Assembly (NCBI GenBank): GCA_034433305.1 | Contig: DAOUAM010000053.1 | Span: 15,145 to 79,144, forward strand | DNA from: Dehalococcoidia bacterium | GTDB taxonomy: Bacteria > Chloroflexota > Dehalococcoidia > Lucifugimonadales > DAOUAM01 | Direction of reading: 5' to 3' | Length of the DNA stretch: 64,000 nucleotides | Shown: positions 55,401 through 64,000 of the stretch, piece after piece | Position numbering within the stretch: position 1 is the stretch's first letter | How the letters are laid out: each line of letters starts with the position of its first letter | Program-made: the position numbers and the translations under genes | Notes under the pieces: generated by a model | Databases searched by the model: none | Told to the model about the DNA's origin: nothing | The model's input: the letters and a program-made list of their open reading frames with translations, nothing else

Positions 55401-55446
55401 GATTGCTCCCTGTTACTCACCAGCTTTAGACTTGCCGCCAGGTGAC

Positions 55447-56655
55447 TCACTGGTCACGCCAGCTAAGCACGCGCTCCCTGGCGACCTTGCTTTCGTCTAT
55501 CACCAGGCCCAGGCCGGGCTTGTCCAGCCACGAGACCTGCACCGCGCCGTTCCTGGGCTCGATGCGGTCCTTGAGGAAGAACTGGTGGACCTGGTTCCAC
55601 TTGATAAGGTACTCCTGTATGGGGCAAACGCTGGGCGGCTGCGACGCGATGAGGTGGGCCGTGGCGTGGGTGGAGTGCCCGTGGGGTATTACAGGCAGGT
55701 CAAAGGTGGAGGCCAGGGCACAGATTTTCAGCGTCTCGCTGATGCCACCGGCCCAGTAGATGTCGGGCTGGAGGATGTCCATGGCCCTGTTCTCCACGAT
55801 GTAGCGGAAGCCCCAGCGGGTGTACTCGTGCTCGCCACCAGAGATGAGTATGGGAGAGGCCCGCTGTACCTGGATGTAGCTGTCCAGCTTGTCGGCCAGC
55901 ACTGGCTCCTCCAGCCAGCGGACGTTGTACTCGGCCAGGCGCTGGGCCATCTTGATGCTGTAAGGCACGTCCCAACTGCTCCAGGCGTCCAGCATGATGT
56001 CCACGTCATCGCCCACGGCCTCGCGCAGGGTCTGGGCCAGCTTCAGGTTGCGGGCCACGCCCTCGGGGCCGTCGGCGGGGCCGTCCCGGAAGAACCACTT
56101 GGTCGCCCTGTAGCCCTGGGCCACTATCTCCCTGGCCCTGCGCTTGACGTCCTCGGGCTGTATGGAGTAGCCCAGGGCGCTGGCGTAGGCCGGTATCTGG
56201 TCGCGGGTGGGGCCGCCCAACAGCCGGTACACTGGCTGGCCGAGCCACTTGCCCTTGAGGTCCCACAGGCCGCAGTCCACGACACTGATGGCCATCATGG
56301 TCTCGCCCTTGCGCCCGTGGATAGCGGCGCGGTACATCTGGTCCCAGAGTAGCTCGATGGCGCGCGGGTCGGCGCCCATGAGGATGGGCCGGAGCTGGGT
56401 GTCTATGATGAAGGCCTCCATGCGCGAGCATGGCCCGCTGATGCCCACCACACCCTCGTCGGTATGGATTTCCAGGAAGGCGGAGCGCATCCTGTACCTG
56501 CCGTTGCCCAGGCTGGTGGAGTAGCCTGGGCCTTGCGCCCTGTACTGTGGGTAGATGTCAATGGGCCGTACCAGCCTCTCTTCCCAGAAGGGGTCCGGGT
56601 GCTCCATGGTCCCCTCGAACTCACGCACACGCAAGTCGGTGATTTTCATGGGCAT
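55447..56655 (-). CDS. enolase-superfamily enzyme, rhamnonate-dehydratase-like paralogue
   Basis: 402 aa beginning MKITDLRVREFEG, with IMLDAWSS, WLEEPV, SGGEHEY and PHGHS. Confidence 0.85.
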   Translation of the reverse strand: MPMKITDLRVREFEGTMEHPDPFWEERLVRPIDIYPQYRAQGPGYSTSLGNGRYRMRSAFLEIHTDEGVVGISGPCSRMEAFIIDTQLRPILMGADPRAIELLWDQMYRAAIHGRKGETMMAISVVDCGLWDLKGKWLGQPVYRLLGGPTRDQIPAYASALGYSIQPEDVKRRAREIVAQGYRATKWFFRDGPADGPEGVARNLKLAQTLREAVGDDVDIMLDAWSSWDVPYSIKMAQRLAEYNVRWLEEPVLADKLDSYIQVQRASPILISGGEHEYTRWGFRYIVENRAMDILQPDIYWAGGISETLKICALASTFDLPVIPHGHSTHATAHLIASQPPSVCPIQEYLIKWNQVHQFFLKDRIEPRNGAVQVSWLDKPGLGLVIDESKVARERVLSWRDQ

Positions 56656-56785
56656 CTCCTGGTCTTGAGGTTGGACTTGATGGGCCGCAGTACAGCCTCC
56701 AAGAGTACTTGAAGTATAGTCTCGCGTCCAGGCACGGTCAACCAGAGCGAGAGGTCACCCGGCCTGAGAGCACCCGACGGCCAGC

Positions 56786-56814
56786 TTGACGCCTCGAAGG
56801 TGCCGTGCTAGCAT
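56786..56814 (+). promoter_or_regulatory. candidate promoter of ribF
   Basis: TTGACG (56786-56791), 17 nt, TAGCAT (56809-56814). It lies about 150 nt before ATG 56965. Confidence 0.4.
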
Positions 56815-56964
56815 CCCAGCTAGTACAGGACTGTGCATCTCCTGGCGGACAACTATACACTTGCCTTGCCCGGGCATTGCCTTCGCCAGGGGCGCCAGGG
56901 CAGTCGCCGCGACAGGAGGCGGCACCAGGGACGGCCTTAGCCTGCGGTCCCGAAGAAGCAGCAG

Positions 56965-57903
56965 ATGAAGATAGCTCACGAACTGGCCGACCAGGCCCCC
57001 GAGCGAGACTCGGTCCTCGCGGTTGGAGTCTTTGATGGCGTACACAGAGGGCACCAGCACCTTCTAGCCCGCCTGGTCGCCAGGGCAGCCAGCAGTTCCC
57101 GTAGCGCCGGAGTCATCACCTTTCGCAACCATCCCGCCTCGGTCCTCAGGCCGGACTTTCAGCCCTGTTATATCACCACCCTGGAGGAGCGCGTCCGGCT
57201 CCTGAAGAAGGCCGGGGTGGACTTCGTGGTGCCAGTCACCTTTGACCTGGAGCTGTCCAGGCTTCGGGCAAGGGACTTCGTGGTCCTGCTGACGGAGCGT
57301 CTCCGCATGCGCGCCCTGGTCGTCGGCCCCGATTTCGCCATGGGACACAAGCGCGAGGGCGACGCCAGAGTGCTGGCCGGGCTGGGCCAGGAGCTTGGCT
57401 TCTCCGTGGAGGTGGTGGAACCCCTGACCGAGGCGGGCGTGGCCGTCAAGAGCACGGCCATTCGCCAGGCCATCGCCAGGGGCCAGATGGACTGGGCCGC
57501 CTCTATGTTGGGCCGCAGCTTCGTCCTGAAAGGCACTGTCGTCCGTGGCCTGGGCAGGGGCCGCAAGCTGGGCTACCCCACCGCCAACCTGGAGGTGCCG
57601 CCGGGAATGGCCGTGCCCGGCGATGGTATCTACGCTACCTGGGCCTGGGTGGACGGCAAGCCCTATATGGCTGCCACCAGCATCGGCACCCGGCCCACCT
57701 TCAGCGAGGGCATCCGCACCATAGAGACCTATATTCTCGACTTCTCAGGCGACCTGTACCACAAAGTGGTCGGCCTGGAGTTTGTACGCAGGCTGAGGGA
57801 CGAGCTGGCCTTCAGCAGCGTCGAGGCCCTGCTGGAGCAGATCGCCCGGGATGTGGAGGCCACAAGGCAGGCCCTGGAAGCCAGCCCGACGCGTGCACGC
57901 TGA
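56965..57903 (+). CDS. ribF: bifunctional riboflavin kinase / FMN adenylyltransferase
   Basis: 312 aa with GVFDGVHRGHQHLL, GRGRKLGYPTANL and PTFSEG...IETYILDF. Confidence 0.9.
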   Translation: MKIAHELADQAPERDSVLAVGVFDGVHRGHQHLLARLVARAASSSRSAGVITFRNHPASVLRPDFQPCYITTLEERVRLLKKAGVDFVVPVTFDLELSRLRARDFVVLLTERLRMRALVVGPDFAMGHKREGDARVLAGLGQELGFSVEVVEPLTEAGVAVKSTAIRQAIARGQMDWAASMLGRSFVLKGTVVRGLGRGRKLGYPTANLEVPPGMAVPGDGIYATWAWVDGKPYMAATSIGTRPTFSEGIRTIETYILDFSGDLYHKVVGLEFVRRLRDELAFSSVEALLEQIARDVEATRQALEASPTRAR

Positions 57904-58440
57904 GGCCGCCAGCCACGGACCCCTCCGGGGTGAGGTTCGCCCCAGCTTTGCCCCACGAGAGAAGTGCCATGTGGCTGACCCCGAGTGACCAGCGGTGACA
58001 TGCCGCCGGCATGAGGCACCTCCCCACACCTCCTGAGTCCCTCGGCAGTTCCGCCTAAGCAGGCCGCCCCGCGTTGACTAAATTTTCGCGCCAGTCTTTA
58101 ACTTAGCGGAAACCATGGTACCCTTAGGATTAGAACACCTGACAAGACTTCTCATGCCGCCCCCGGGAAAGTACAGGACCTGACCTGGACTTGTCCCAGG
58201 TAGTGAGGATGGAAGGCTCGCCAGCACCGGGGCTTCAGGCCACGTCCTTCTCAGGCACTGGCCTGGCTTGCAGCGCGGGCCGCCGCATTCCCTGGTGGAC
58301 TTGCGCGGCGCTGGCAGCTTCCCTACAAGGACGTCCCTGCTTGTGTCCATATCTATATAAGGCGGGCCGGCCTTTCGCCCCGGCCCCTCTGACTGGGGTG
58401 TGGAGCGTTGGTCAGGAGTAATGTCGAAGGAGGAATTGAC

Positions 58441-60066
58441 ATGGCGACCGCACTGGTCGGGTTTATCAGGGACCTGGAAAAGCGAGAGAATGTACAACTC
58501 ATGGATGTCCAGGAGCTGGCGACGCAGGCCAGGCCATTTGGCAGGCCAACGGCGCACGGTGGCCTTTCCTTTTTCTCCAACGTCCGCAACAGGAGTGCCA
58601 GCCAGTCGGTGACCATCGGCAGCGAGCGGGTGAGGGATAGAGCACTCAATGCGGGGCAGAAGGCTATCCTCTCCAGGCTGGACACCACCCTGAACACGCT
58701 CCAGGAGTACCTCAAGGTAGCGCCTCTCCTTTGTGTCAAGCGCACCATCGGCGATAACAGCACCTTCAATCCCAAGTGCAACCTCTACCTGTCCACGCAG
58801 CGGCAGGACAACGTGCGGCAGGCATACCTGTGGGCTATGACGTTGAGGGACTACGACCCTCTGGCTGCAGGCCCCGAGCTTTACCTGGTGTGCATCCCCG
58901 AGTGGCCAGAGCACGACAGACAGGTGCTGGTGTTCCCGGAGGACAGGCTGACCATCGTGCTGGGCATGGACTACGTGGGCGAGGTCAAGATGGGCTTCCT
59001 GCGCATGGCCATGTGGGAAGCCAAGCAGCAGGGCATGCTCAGCCTCCACGCAGGCTCCAAGCTCGTCAGGGCCTACCAGGGCGATGGACGCACGCGCCGC
59101 TACGGCATGCTGTTCTTCGGCCTTTCGGGCACCGGCAAGACTACCCATTCCTGCCACCAGCACGGCCTCGGACAGGACGGCGAGGGCGTAGAGATCCTGC
59201 AGGACGACATCGTTTTCCTGAGACAGGATGGCTCGGCCTATGGCACCGAGCAGGGGTTCTACCTCAAGACCGAGGGCATCCGGCCTGAGAACCAGCCCAT
59301 TATCTTCCAGGGGCTGTGCACGCCCGAGGCCCTCTTCGAGAATGTCATGGTGGACTACCAGGGCAGAGTTGACTTCAACAACCTGACCCTGGGCAGCAAC
59401 GGCCGCGCGGTAATCCCCAGGCACGTCCTGGCACCATTCATCTCGGAGAGCATCAACCTGCCACCCCTCAGCGAGCTTGATGGCCTGATTGTGGCCTTCA
59501 TCACCCGCAGGATGACGGTGTTGCCCATCGTGTCCAGGCTTTCCCCCGAGCAGGCCGCCGCCGCTTTCATGCTGGGCGAGAGCATCGAGACCAGCGCGGG
59601 AGACCCGCGCCGGGCCGGCGAGTCGGTGCGCGTGGTGGGCACCAACCCCTTCCTCATTGGCGACGAGGTAGAGGAAGGCAACTGGTTCTACGACTTCCTC
59701 AAGCGCCACGAGGACAGGGTCCAGTGTTACCTCCTCAACACCGGCGGCGTGGGCGAGATCAGGGAGCGCACCGCCGATGGACAGCCCGTCGTCAAGCAAA
59801 AGACTCTCAGGGTCGCCATTGACGAGATGGCCTCCATTATCCGGGGCGTCGTCCGAGGGAGCATCCAGTGGCAGCGGGAGCCTGACTTCGGTACCCTGGT
59901 ACCCGGCTCCGTGGATGGCGTTGACATGGGCAAGTTCCACCTCAAGAACTTCTACACCGCAGACCAGGCCAGGGAGTACGTCGCCAGGCTCAAGCAGGAG
60001 CGCCAGGAGTGGGTGTCCCGCTTTCCGGGGCTGCGCAAAGAGATCGTGGAATCCCTGGCCTGCTAA
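58441..60066 (+). CDS. pckA: phosphoenolpyruvate carboxykinase (ATP)
   Basis: AAGGAGG lies before ATG 58441. The kinase-1a motif is FFGLSGTGKTT, with NTGGVGE downstream. The track start at 58408 is slightly long. Confidence 0.9.
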   Translation: MATALVGFIRDLEKRENVQLMDVQELATQARPFGRPTAHGGLSFFSNVRNRSASQSVTIGSERVRDRALNAGQKAILSRLDTTLNTLQEYLKVAPLLCVKRTIGDNSTFNPKCNLYLSTQRQDNVRQAYLWAMTLRDYDPLAAGPELYLVCIPEWPEHDRQVLVFPEDRLTIVLGMDYVGEVKMGFLRMAMWEAKQQGMLSLHAGSKLVRAYQGDGRTRRYGMLFFGLSGTGKTTHSCHQHGLGQDGEGVEILQDDIVFLRQDGSAYGTEQGFYLKTEGIRPENQPIIFQGLCTPEALFENVMVDYQGRVDFNNLTLGSNGRAVIPRHVLAPFISESINLPPLSELDGLIVAFITRRMTVLPIVSRLSPEQAAAAFMLGESIETSAGDPRRAGESVRVVGTNPFLIGDEVEEGNWFYDFLKRHEDRVQCYLLNTGGVGEIRERTADGQPVVKQKTLRVAIDEMASIIRGVVRGSIQWQREPDFGTLVPGSVDGVDMGKFHLKNFYTADQAREYVARLKQERQEWVSRFPGLRKEIVESLAC

Positions 60067-60120
60067 TAGACAAGCAGTGCCAAATCCTGAATAATATCTG
60101 GAGTCCGAGGAGGTACTGCC

Positions 60121-61815
60121 GTGGCTTCACTGGACCGCGTCAAGTTCCCACCACTGGAGGAGGCCAAAGGACTTCTCACTCCAGACTTCCTTGAGTACCT
60201 GGTATTCCTGCACGACAGGTTCCATGCCAGGGTACACGAGCTGCGGGCGAAGCGCGCCGTGGTGCTGGAGAAGGCCCTGAAGCACCATGTGCTGCCTACC
60301 TACCTCCCGTCCTCAGAAGCCACCACGGGCAACTGGAAGGTGCCGCCTGTGCCCGAGGACCTGAAGCGGCCCGGTATAGAGATATCAGGCCCCGCCTCCA
60401 TTACCAGCATGTTCATCAACGCCCTGAACCCCGGCCCCGAGGGCGTGAGGGCAGAGGGCGACCTGGACGACGACGAAGACTCAGCGGGCCACCGGCTCAT
60501 AGATACCCTGACGGCGGCCCGCAACCGGTTGAAGGCTGTGGAGCGCACCCTTTCCTTCTACAGCACCGAGCGTGGCCGCGAGTACCGGGTCCAGGAGGGC
60601 GAGTTGCCCTTCTTCATGCACCGCGAGCGCGGGCTGCACCTGGACGAGCCTGAGGTAACTGTGGACGGCAAGCCGGTCTGCGCGGCCATCCTGGGCACGG
60701 CCCTGACCCTGTATTATGCCGGCAGGGCGCAGGTGCAGCGCGGCCAGGGCGTTTACTTCTACCTGCCCAAGCTGGAGTCCGCCGAGGAGTGCCGGTTCTA
60801 CCGCGACCTCTTCGACGCCAGCCGTGGGCACCTGCGCTATCCCCAGGGTGCCGTCATTCGCGCCATACCGCTCATCGAGTCGCTGCCGGCGGCCTACCAG
60901 ATGGAGGAGATGCTCTACGAGCTTGGGCCATACGCCGCCGGGCTGAACGCCGCCCGCTGGGACTACAAGGCCAGCATTCTGGAGTTCGTCATGACCGACC
61001 CCAGCGCCGTCTGGCCCGACAGGTTCGGCGTGGACATCAAGACCACCGATTTCCTGGCCAATGTCTTCCGGCGGCTGGTGGCCATCTGCAACAGGCGCGG
61101 CGCTGTGCCCATCGGTGGCATGGCCACGGCACTGCCCAGCAGGGAAGACGCCGTCAACAAGGCGGCGGCCGCAGCTATCCGCGCCGACAAGGAGTGGGAA
61201 GCCCGGCAGGGCTTCGTCAGAGGGTGGGTCGCCCACATCTTCCACATGAAGACAGCAGCCGACCCCTTCAAGGAGTGGTGGAAGTCGGGCTGGCAGCCCA
61301 GTCCCGCCCTGGCAGACCCGGAAAAGTACCCCGTGGAGGTCAAGGTGCCCCAGGGCCCCATCACCGTGGAGGGCACGCGCCGCAACGCCAGGATGCTCAT
61401 CGAGTACGTGGAAGGCTGGCTCAATGGCCGGGGCGCCAAGGGCATTGACAGTCTGGAGGGCAAGCCTGGCGTCCACCCGGCGCTGATGGAGGACCTGGCC
61501 ACGGGCCGGATTTCCGTCGCCCAGATAGCCCAGCGTATCCTCCACAAGGCCAGCGACAGCAACACCGGCCAGGCCCACGACTTCCCCCTGGTCAAGCGCC
61601 TGCTCCAGGAGGAGCTGGAGGACATCCTCCGCATCCGCAAGGCCGCGCTGGCCCAGGACCCCAGGGCCTGCGCCGAGGTGGCGGACAGGTACCGCAAGGC
61701 CATGAAGATCGCCCTGCGCTGGGTCAAGAACTACACCGAGCTGGACTTCCGCAGCCTTGGCTCCTACACCCGCGCCGACCTGGAGGCCATAGCCTCCACC
61801 CCCGACGCTTTCTAG
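60121..61815 (+). CDS. aceB: malate synthase (A-type length)
   Basis: 564 aa with a GTG start after GAGGAGG. LTPDFLEYLVFLHDRF, YFYLPKLES, the AARWDY region and GGMA resemble malate synthase A. Confidence 0.8.
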   Translation: MASLDRVKFPPLEEAKGLLTPDFLEYLVFLHDRFHARVHELRAKRAVVLEKALKHHVLPTYLPSSEATTGNWKVPPVPEDLKRPGIEISGPASITSMFINALNPGPEGVRAEGDLDDDEDSAGHRLIDTLTAARNRLKAVERTLSFYSTERGREYRVQEGELPFFMHRERGLHLDEPEVTVDGKPVCAAILGTALTLYYAGRAQVQRGQGVYFYLPKLESAEECRFYRDLFDASRGHLRYPQGAVIRAIPLIESLPAAYQMEEMLYELGPYAAGLNAARWDYKASILEFVMTDPSAVWPDRFGVDIKTTDFLANVFRRLVAICNRRGAVPIGGMATALPSREDAVNKAAAAAIRADKEWEARQGFVRGWVAHIFHMKTAADPFKEWWKSGWQPSPALADPEKYPVEVKVPQGPITVEGTRRNARMLIEYVEGWLNGRGAKGIDSLEGKPGVHPALMEDLATGRISVAQIAQRILHKASDSNTGQAHDFPLVKRLLQEELEDILRIRKAALAQDPRACAEVADRYRKAMKIALRWVKNYTELDFRSLGSYTRADLEAIASTPDAF

Positions 61816-61827
61816 CTTCTCAGTCAC

Positions 61828-61868
61828 GTAGCCACGGGCGGGCCTTTCCCTGGCCCGCCCGTGGCTAC
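61828..61868 (+). terminator. strong hairpin after the malate synthase gene (no T-tract)
   Basis: 17-bp perfect stem GTAGCCACGGGCGGGCC (61828-61844) / GGCCCGCCCGTGGCTAC (61852-61868) with loop TTTCCCT. An extended -10-like TGCTACAAT follows at 61918-61926. Confidence 0.4.
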
Positions 61869-61971
61869 ACTGGCCAATGTCACACCTCGATTCATATCCC
61901 AGGGCCTGCGCCCGCTGTGCTACAATCGTTGTTGCCCACATCGGTTGAAGTCCATTGGAGGAATACCTGCC

Positions 61972-63084
61972 GTGAACCTGCGTATCCCCGGTCCTATACC
62001 GGTGCCAGAGGACATCCTCGGCGAGATGTCCAGGCCCATGATTAACCACCGTGGCCCTGAGTTCAAGGACTTGCTGTACCGGGTGACGGACCGGTTGAAG
62101 CAGGTGTTCGAGACCAGGGGTGACGTGTATATCCTGACCGCGTCAGGGACGGGCGCCATGGAGGCTGCCATCGTCAACACCCTGTCCCCTGGCGACAAGG
62201 TGCTATGTGCTACCGTGGGCGCCTTCGGCGACCGCTTCGCCGAGATAGCCACCCGGTACGGCGCCGACGTCCGCATCCTCAGCTTCACGCTGGGCACCGC
62301 CGTGGACGTGGACAGGCTGCGGGACGCCCTCAAGGCTGAGCCAGAATTCAAGGCAGTGCTGGTCACCCACAACGAGACCTCCACGGGCGTTACCAACGAC
62401 CTCAAGGCCATCGCTCAGGTGGTCAAGGGCGAGTTCGACAAGCTGCTGCTGGTGGACGGCATCAGCAGTGTCTGCTCCATCCCTCTTTCCACCGACGCCT
62501 GGGGCTGCGACGTGGTGGCGACGGCCTCCCAGAAGGGCTGGATGCTGCCGCCCGGGCTGGCCTTCATCAGCTTCAGCCAGAGGGCCTGGCAAGCGCATGC
62601 CCAGGCCAGGATGCCCCGGTTCTACTTCGACATGGCCGAGTACAAGCACTACCTGGAGATAGGCCAGCCACCCTTCACGCCGGCCGTCTCGGTCTTCTTC
62701 GCCCTGGACCTGGCCCTGGACAAGATACTGAAGGAAGGCATGGGCAGCATCTTCGAGCGCCACGCCAGCATTGGCAAGCTGACCCGCGACGGCGTGAGGG
62801 CGCTGGGCCTGTCTATCCTGCCTGACGAGAAGGTAGCATCTAACACCGTCACCGCCGTCAAAGTCCCCGAGGGCGTGGACGCCCGCAAGCTGCTGGGCAT
62901 CCTGCGGCAGGAGTACAGCGTGGAGCTGTCAGGCGGGCAGGCCAAGCTGAGCGGCAAGATATTCCGCATCGGCCACATGGGCTACTGCACGCCCCAGGAC
63001 ATCCAGGAAGTGATGGACGCCCTCAGGGCCGCCCTGCCCAGGGTCGGGTTCACGCCCTCTGGCGCGGATGCCAGCCGTCGCTGA
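61972..63084 (+). CDS. class-V aminotransferase, serine/alanine-glyoxylate aminotransferase-like
   Basis: GGAGG lies 10 nt before GTG 61972. IPGPIPVPEDIL...MINHRGPEF, and the PLP-Lys context is ATASQKGWMLPPG. Confidence 0.8.
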   Translation: MNLRIPGPIPVPEDILGEMSRPMINHRGPEFKDLLYRVTDRLKQVFETRGDVYILTASGTGAMEAAIVNTLSPGDKVLCATVGAFGDRFAEIATRYGADVRILSFTLGTAVDVDRLRDALKAEPEFKAVLVTHNETSTGVTNDLKAIAQVVKGEFDKLLLVDGISSVCSIPLSTDAWGCDVVATASQKGWMLPPGLAFISFSQRAWQAHAQARMPRFYFDMAEYKHYLEIGQPPFTPAVSVFFALDLALDKILKEGMGSIFERHASIGKLTRDGVRALGLSILPDEKVASNTVTAVKVPEGVDARKLLGILRQEYSVELSGGQAKLSGKIFRIGHMGYCTPQDIQEVMDALRAALPRVGFTPSGADASRR

Positions 63085-63115
63085 TTCCCTTCTGTTGGTC
63101 TCTCGGGGGGTGCTT

Positions 63116-63601
63116 ATGGAAGTGCCAGTGCCAGAGATGCAGAAAGCCATGGCCAGGCTTCGGTTCCTGTTGGCCGCCATCAAGGGCAAGGAGCAAGAGC
63201 TGGAGAGCCTCAGCCAGCAGTTCCAGCGCCAGCTAAGCAGGGCACCCAACTATGCCATCCACGGCGGCAACTCCCTGGAAGCAACCCTCAGCATCATGAA
63301 CGAGGTCCAGGAGCGCCTGGACAGCGTGGAGAAGATGCGCAGACACCTGGCCGCTATCAAAATGCGCGCCCAGGACGAGCTTCAGGCCCTGGAGCTTACC
63401 GAGAAGATCGAACACGCCAAGAGCGAGCTGGCGGCCCTGAAGGCCCGCCAGAAGACCGACGAACTGAGCAAGGAGATAGAGGGGCTGGAGCGGTTCATCA
63501 AGGAGGCCAGCATCCGCGCCGGGCAGGCCATAACCGGCAGGGCCTTCGAGGCCGGGGACAGGAACCCCCAGCGTCGCGGTGCGCCTGGGTCTTCCGAATA
63601 A
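63116..63601 (+). CDS. hypothetical coiled-coil protein
   Basis: 161 aa, heptad-rich (KGKEQELESLSQQFQRQL, ELQALELTEKIEHAKSELAALKARQ). It starts 31 nt after the aminotransferase stop. I recognise no motif. Confidence 0.55.
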   Translation: MEVPVPEMQKAMARLRFLLAAIKGKEQELESLSQQFQRQLSRAPNYAIHGGNSLEATLSIMNEVQERLDSVEKMRRHLAAIKMRAQDELQALELTEKIEHAKSELAALKARQKTDELSKEIEGLERFIKEASIRAGQAITGRAFEAGDRNPQRRGAPGSSE

Positions 63602-63651
63602 AAAGCTTGCCCCGCAGCCTGTGTAGACCTGGTTGCGGGGCAAGCCTTTTT
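63602..63651 (+). terminator. intrinsic terminator
   Basis: 12-bp stem GCTTGCCCCGCA (63605-63616) / TGCGGGGCAAGC (63634-63645), followed by CTTTTT and preceded by AAAA. Confidence 0.75.
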
Positions 63652-63763
63652 CCGACCTTCGGCAGGCCTACCATCTCTGATTTGCTGCGCCACGGCCCTG
63701 GACGACACGCTTTCCGGGTCCCTTTATAGCGTTTTTGAATTGCGCCTACGCGGCGATATGTGC

Positions 63764-63788
63764 AGGTGCGGGTCTGAGACCCGCACCT
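63764..63788. repeat. REP-like hairpin (family B)
   Basis: 11-bp stem AGGTGCGGGTC / GACCCGCACCT with loop TGA. CCTACG direct repeats lie nearby: one copy upstream at 63745-63750, the second overlapping the 3' end of the stem at 63786-63791. Confidence 0.55.
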
Positions 63789-63865
63789 ACGTTGCCCTGG
63801 GACAGGGGCCTGGCCATTCGTGGCATACGCTCGGCCTGATCGCTCTAAGGCGCAGAGCGCTGGCC

Positions 63866-64000
63866 CTAGCCCGCCGGCGCGGCCTCTGGCAACGGTGGCG
63901 CCGGGGAGTTGAAGAGCTCCCTGAGGGCATCCCCCTCCACCGACTCATTGGCCATCAGGTACTGCGCCACCTGTGTCAGCTTCGCCTTGTGCTCCTCCAG
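63866..64000 (-). CDS. C-terminal end of a gene running off the right edge, FtsH-like tail
   Basis: Hand translation of the minus strand gives LEEHKAKLTQVAQYLMANESVEGDALRELFNSPAPPLPEAAPAG-stop (stop at 63868-63866). The pattern resembles the C-terminal helix of FtsH proteases, but only 44 residues are visible. Confidence 0.4.
   Translation of the reverse strand: MEEHKAKLTQVAQYLMANESVEGDALRELFNSPAPPLPEAAPAG

Noticed and set aside
56815-56964. A possible FMN riboswitch in the ~150-nt leader of ribF.
   Set aside because: I could not find the conserved FMN-element segments (the GGGTGAAATTCC or CCGACAGT type cores) in this leader. ribF is also not a usual FMN-riboswitch target.
58113-58181. A 22-codon ORF (MVPLGLEHLTRLLMPPPGKYRT) and a TTGACT-17-TTTAAC pair in the AT-rich patch upstream of pckA.
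   Set aside because: There is no Shine-Dalgarno sequence, the -10 is weak, and nothing else supports it. It is most likely ordinary promoter-region DNA.
1-64000. CRISPR arrays, rRNA genes and intact insertion sequences.
   Set aside because: I found no regularly spaced direct repeats. I saw no rRNA-like conserved segments. No transposase or integrase ORF appears in any frame I inspected.

Overview
This is a GC-rich bacterial chromosomal segment. Its gene content, frequent GTG/TTG starts and REP-like intergenic hairpins resemble Chloroflexota-type genomes, but that placement is inference only. All calls come from reading the six-frame translations and the DNA by eye; no database search was run, so product names rest on remembered family motifs.

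I can support about 55 protein-coding genes and one tRNA-Leu(UAG). I found no rRNA, CRISPR array or intact mobile element. Many long ORFs in the track are antisense or shadow ORFs typical of high-GC DNA and were discarded.

Most of the content is housekeeping or central metabolism:
- class-III aminotransferase, SDR, larE, VanZ-like protein and a GT4 glycosyltransferase
- etfBA
- an EF-G paralogue
- purF-purM-purH
- a GT2 glycosyltransferase
- pncA plus a nicotinate phosphoribosyltransferase
- tilS
- recA-recX
- 2-oxoacid dehydrogenase E1alpha/E1beta/E2 with lipB
- gatCA
- a rhodanese
- a DnaQ-DinG fusion with ogg
- two enolase-superfamily dehydratase-like genes
- ribF
- a pckA, malate synthase and class-V aminotransferase cluster

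The least ordinary parts are:
1. A six-gene Psr/Phs-like molybdoenzyme operon (46570-53783). It carries an extra two-span subunit, a cytoplasmic MvhD-like polyferredoxin, a Cys-to-Gly change in the FS0 cluster motif, and a highly structured upstream region.
2. A 1564-aa soluble hybrid kinase with four GAF and two PAS domains, next to an OmpR-type regulator whose receiver domain is degenerate.
3. An 866-bp stretch (30019-30884) holding only an orphan ORF.
4. Two families of REP-like intergenic repeats.
5. Several enzymes with substituted catalytic residues, and a probable non-canonical ATC start.

I did not see a clear-cut new defence system, biosynthetic cluster or mobile system. The molybdoenzyme operon is my best candidate for undescribed biology.
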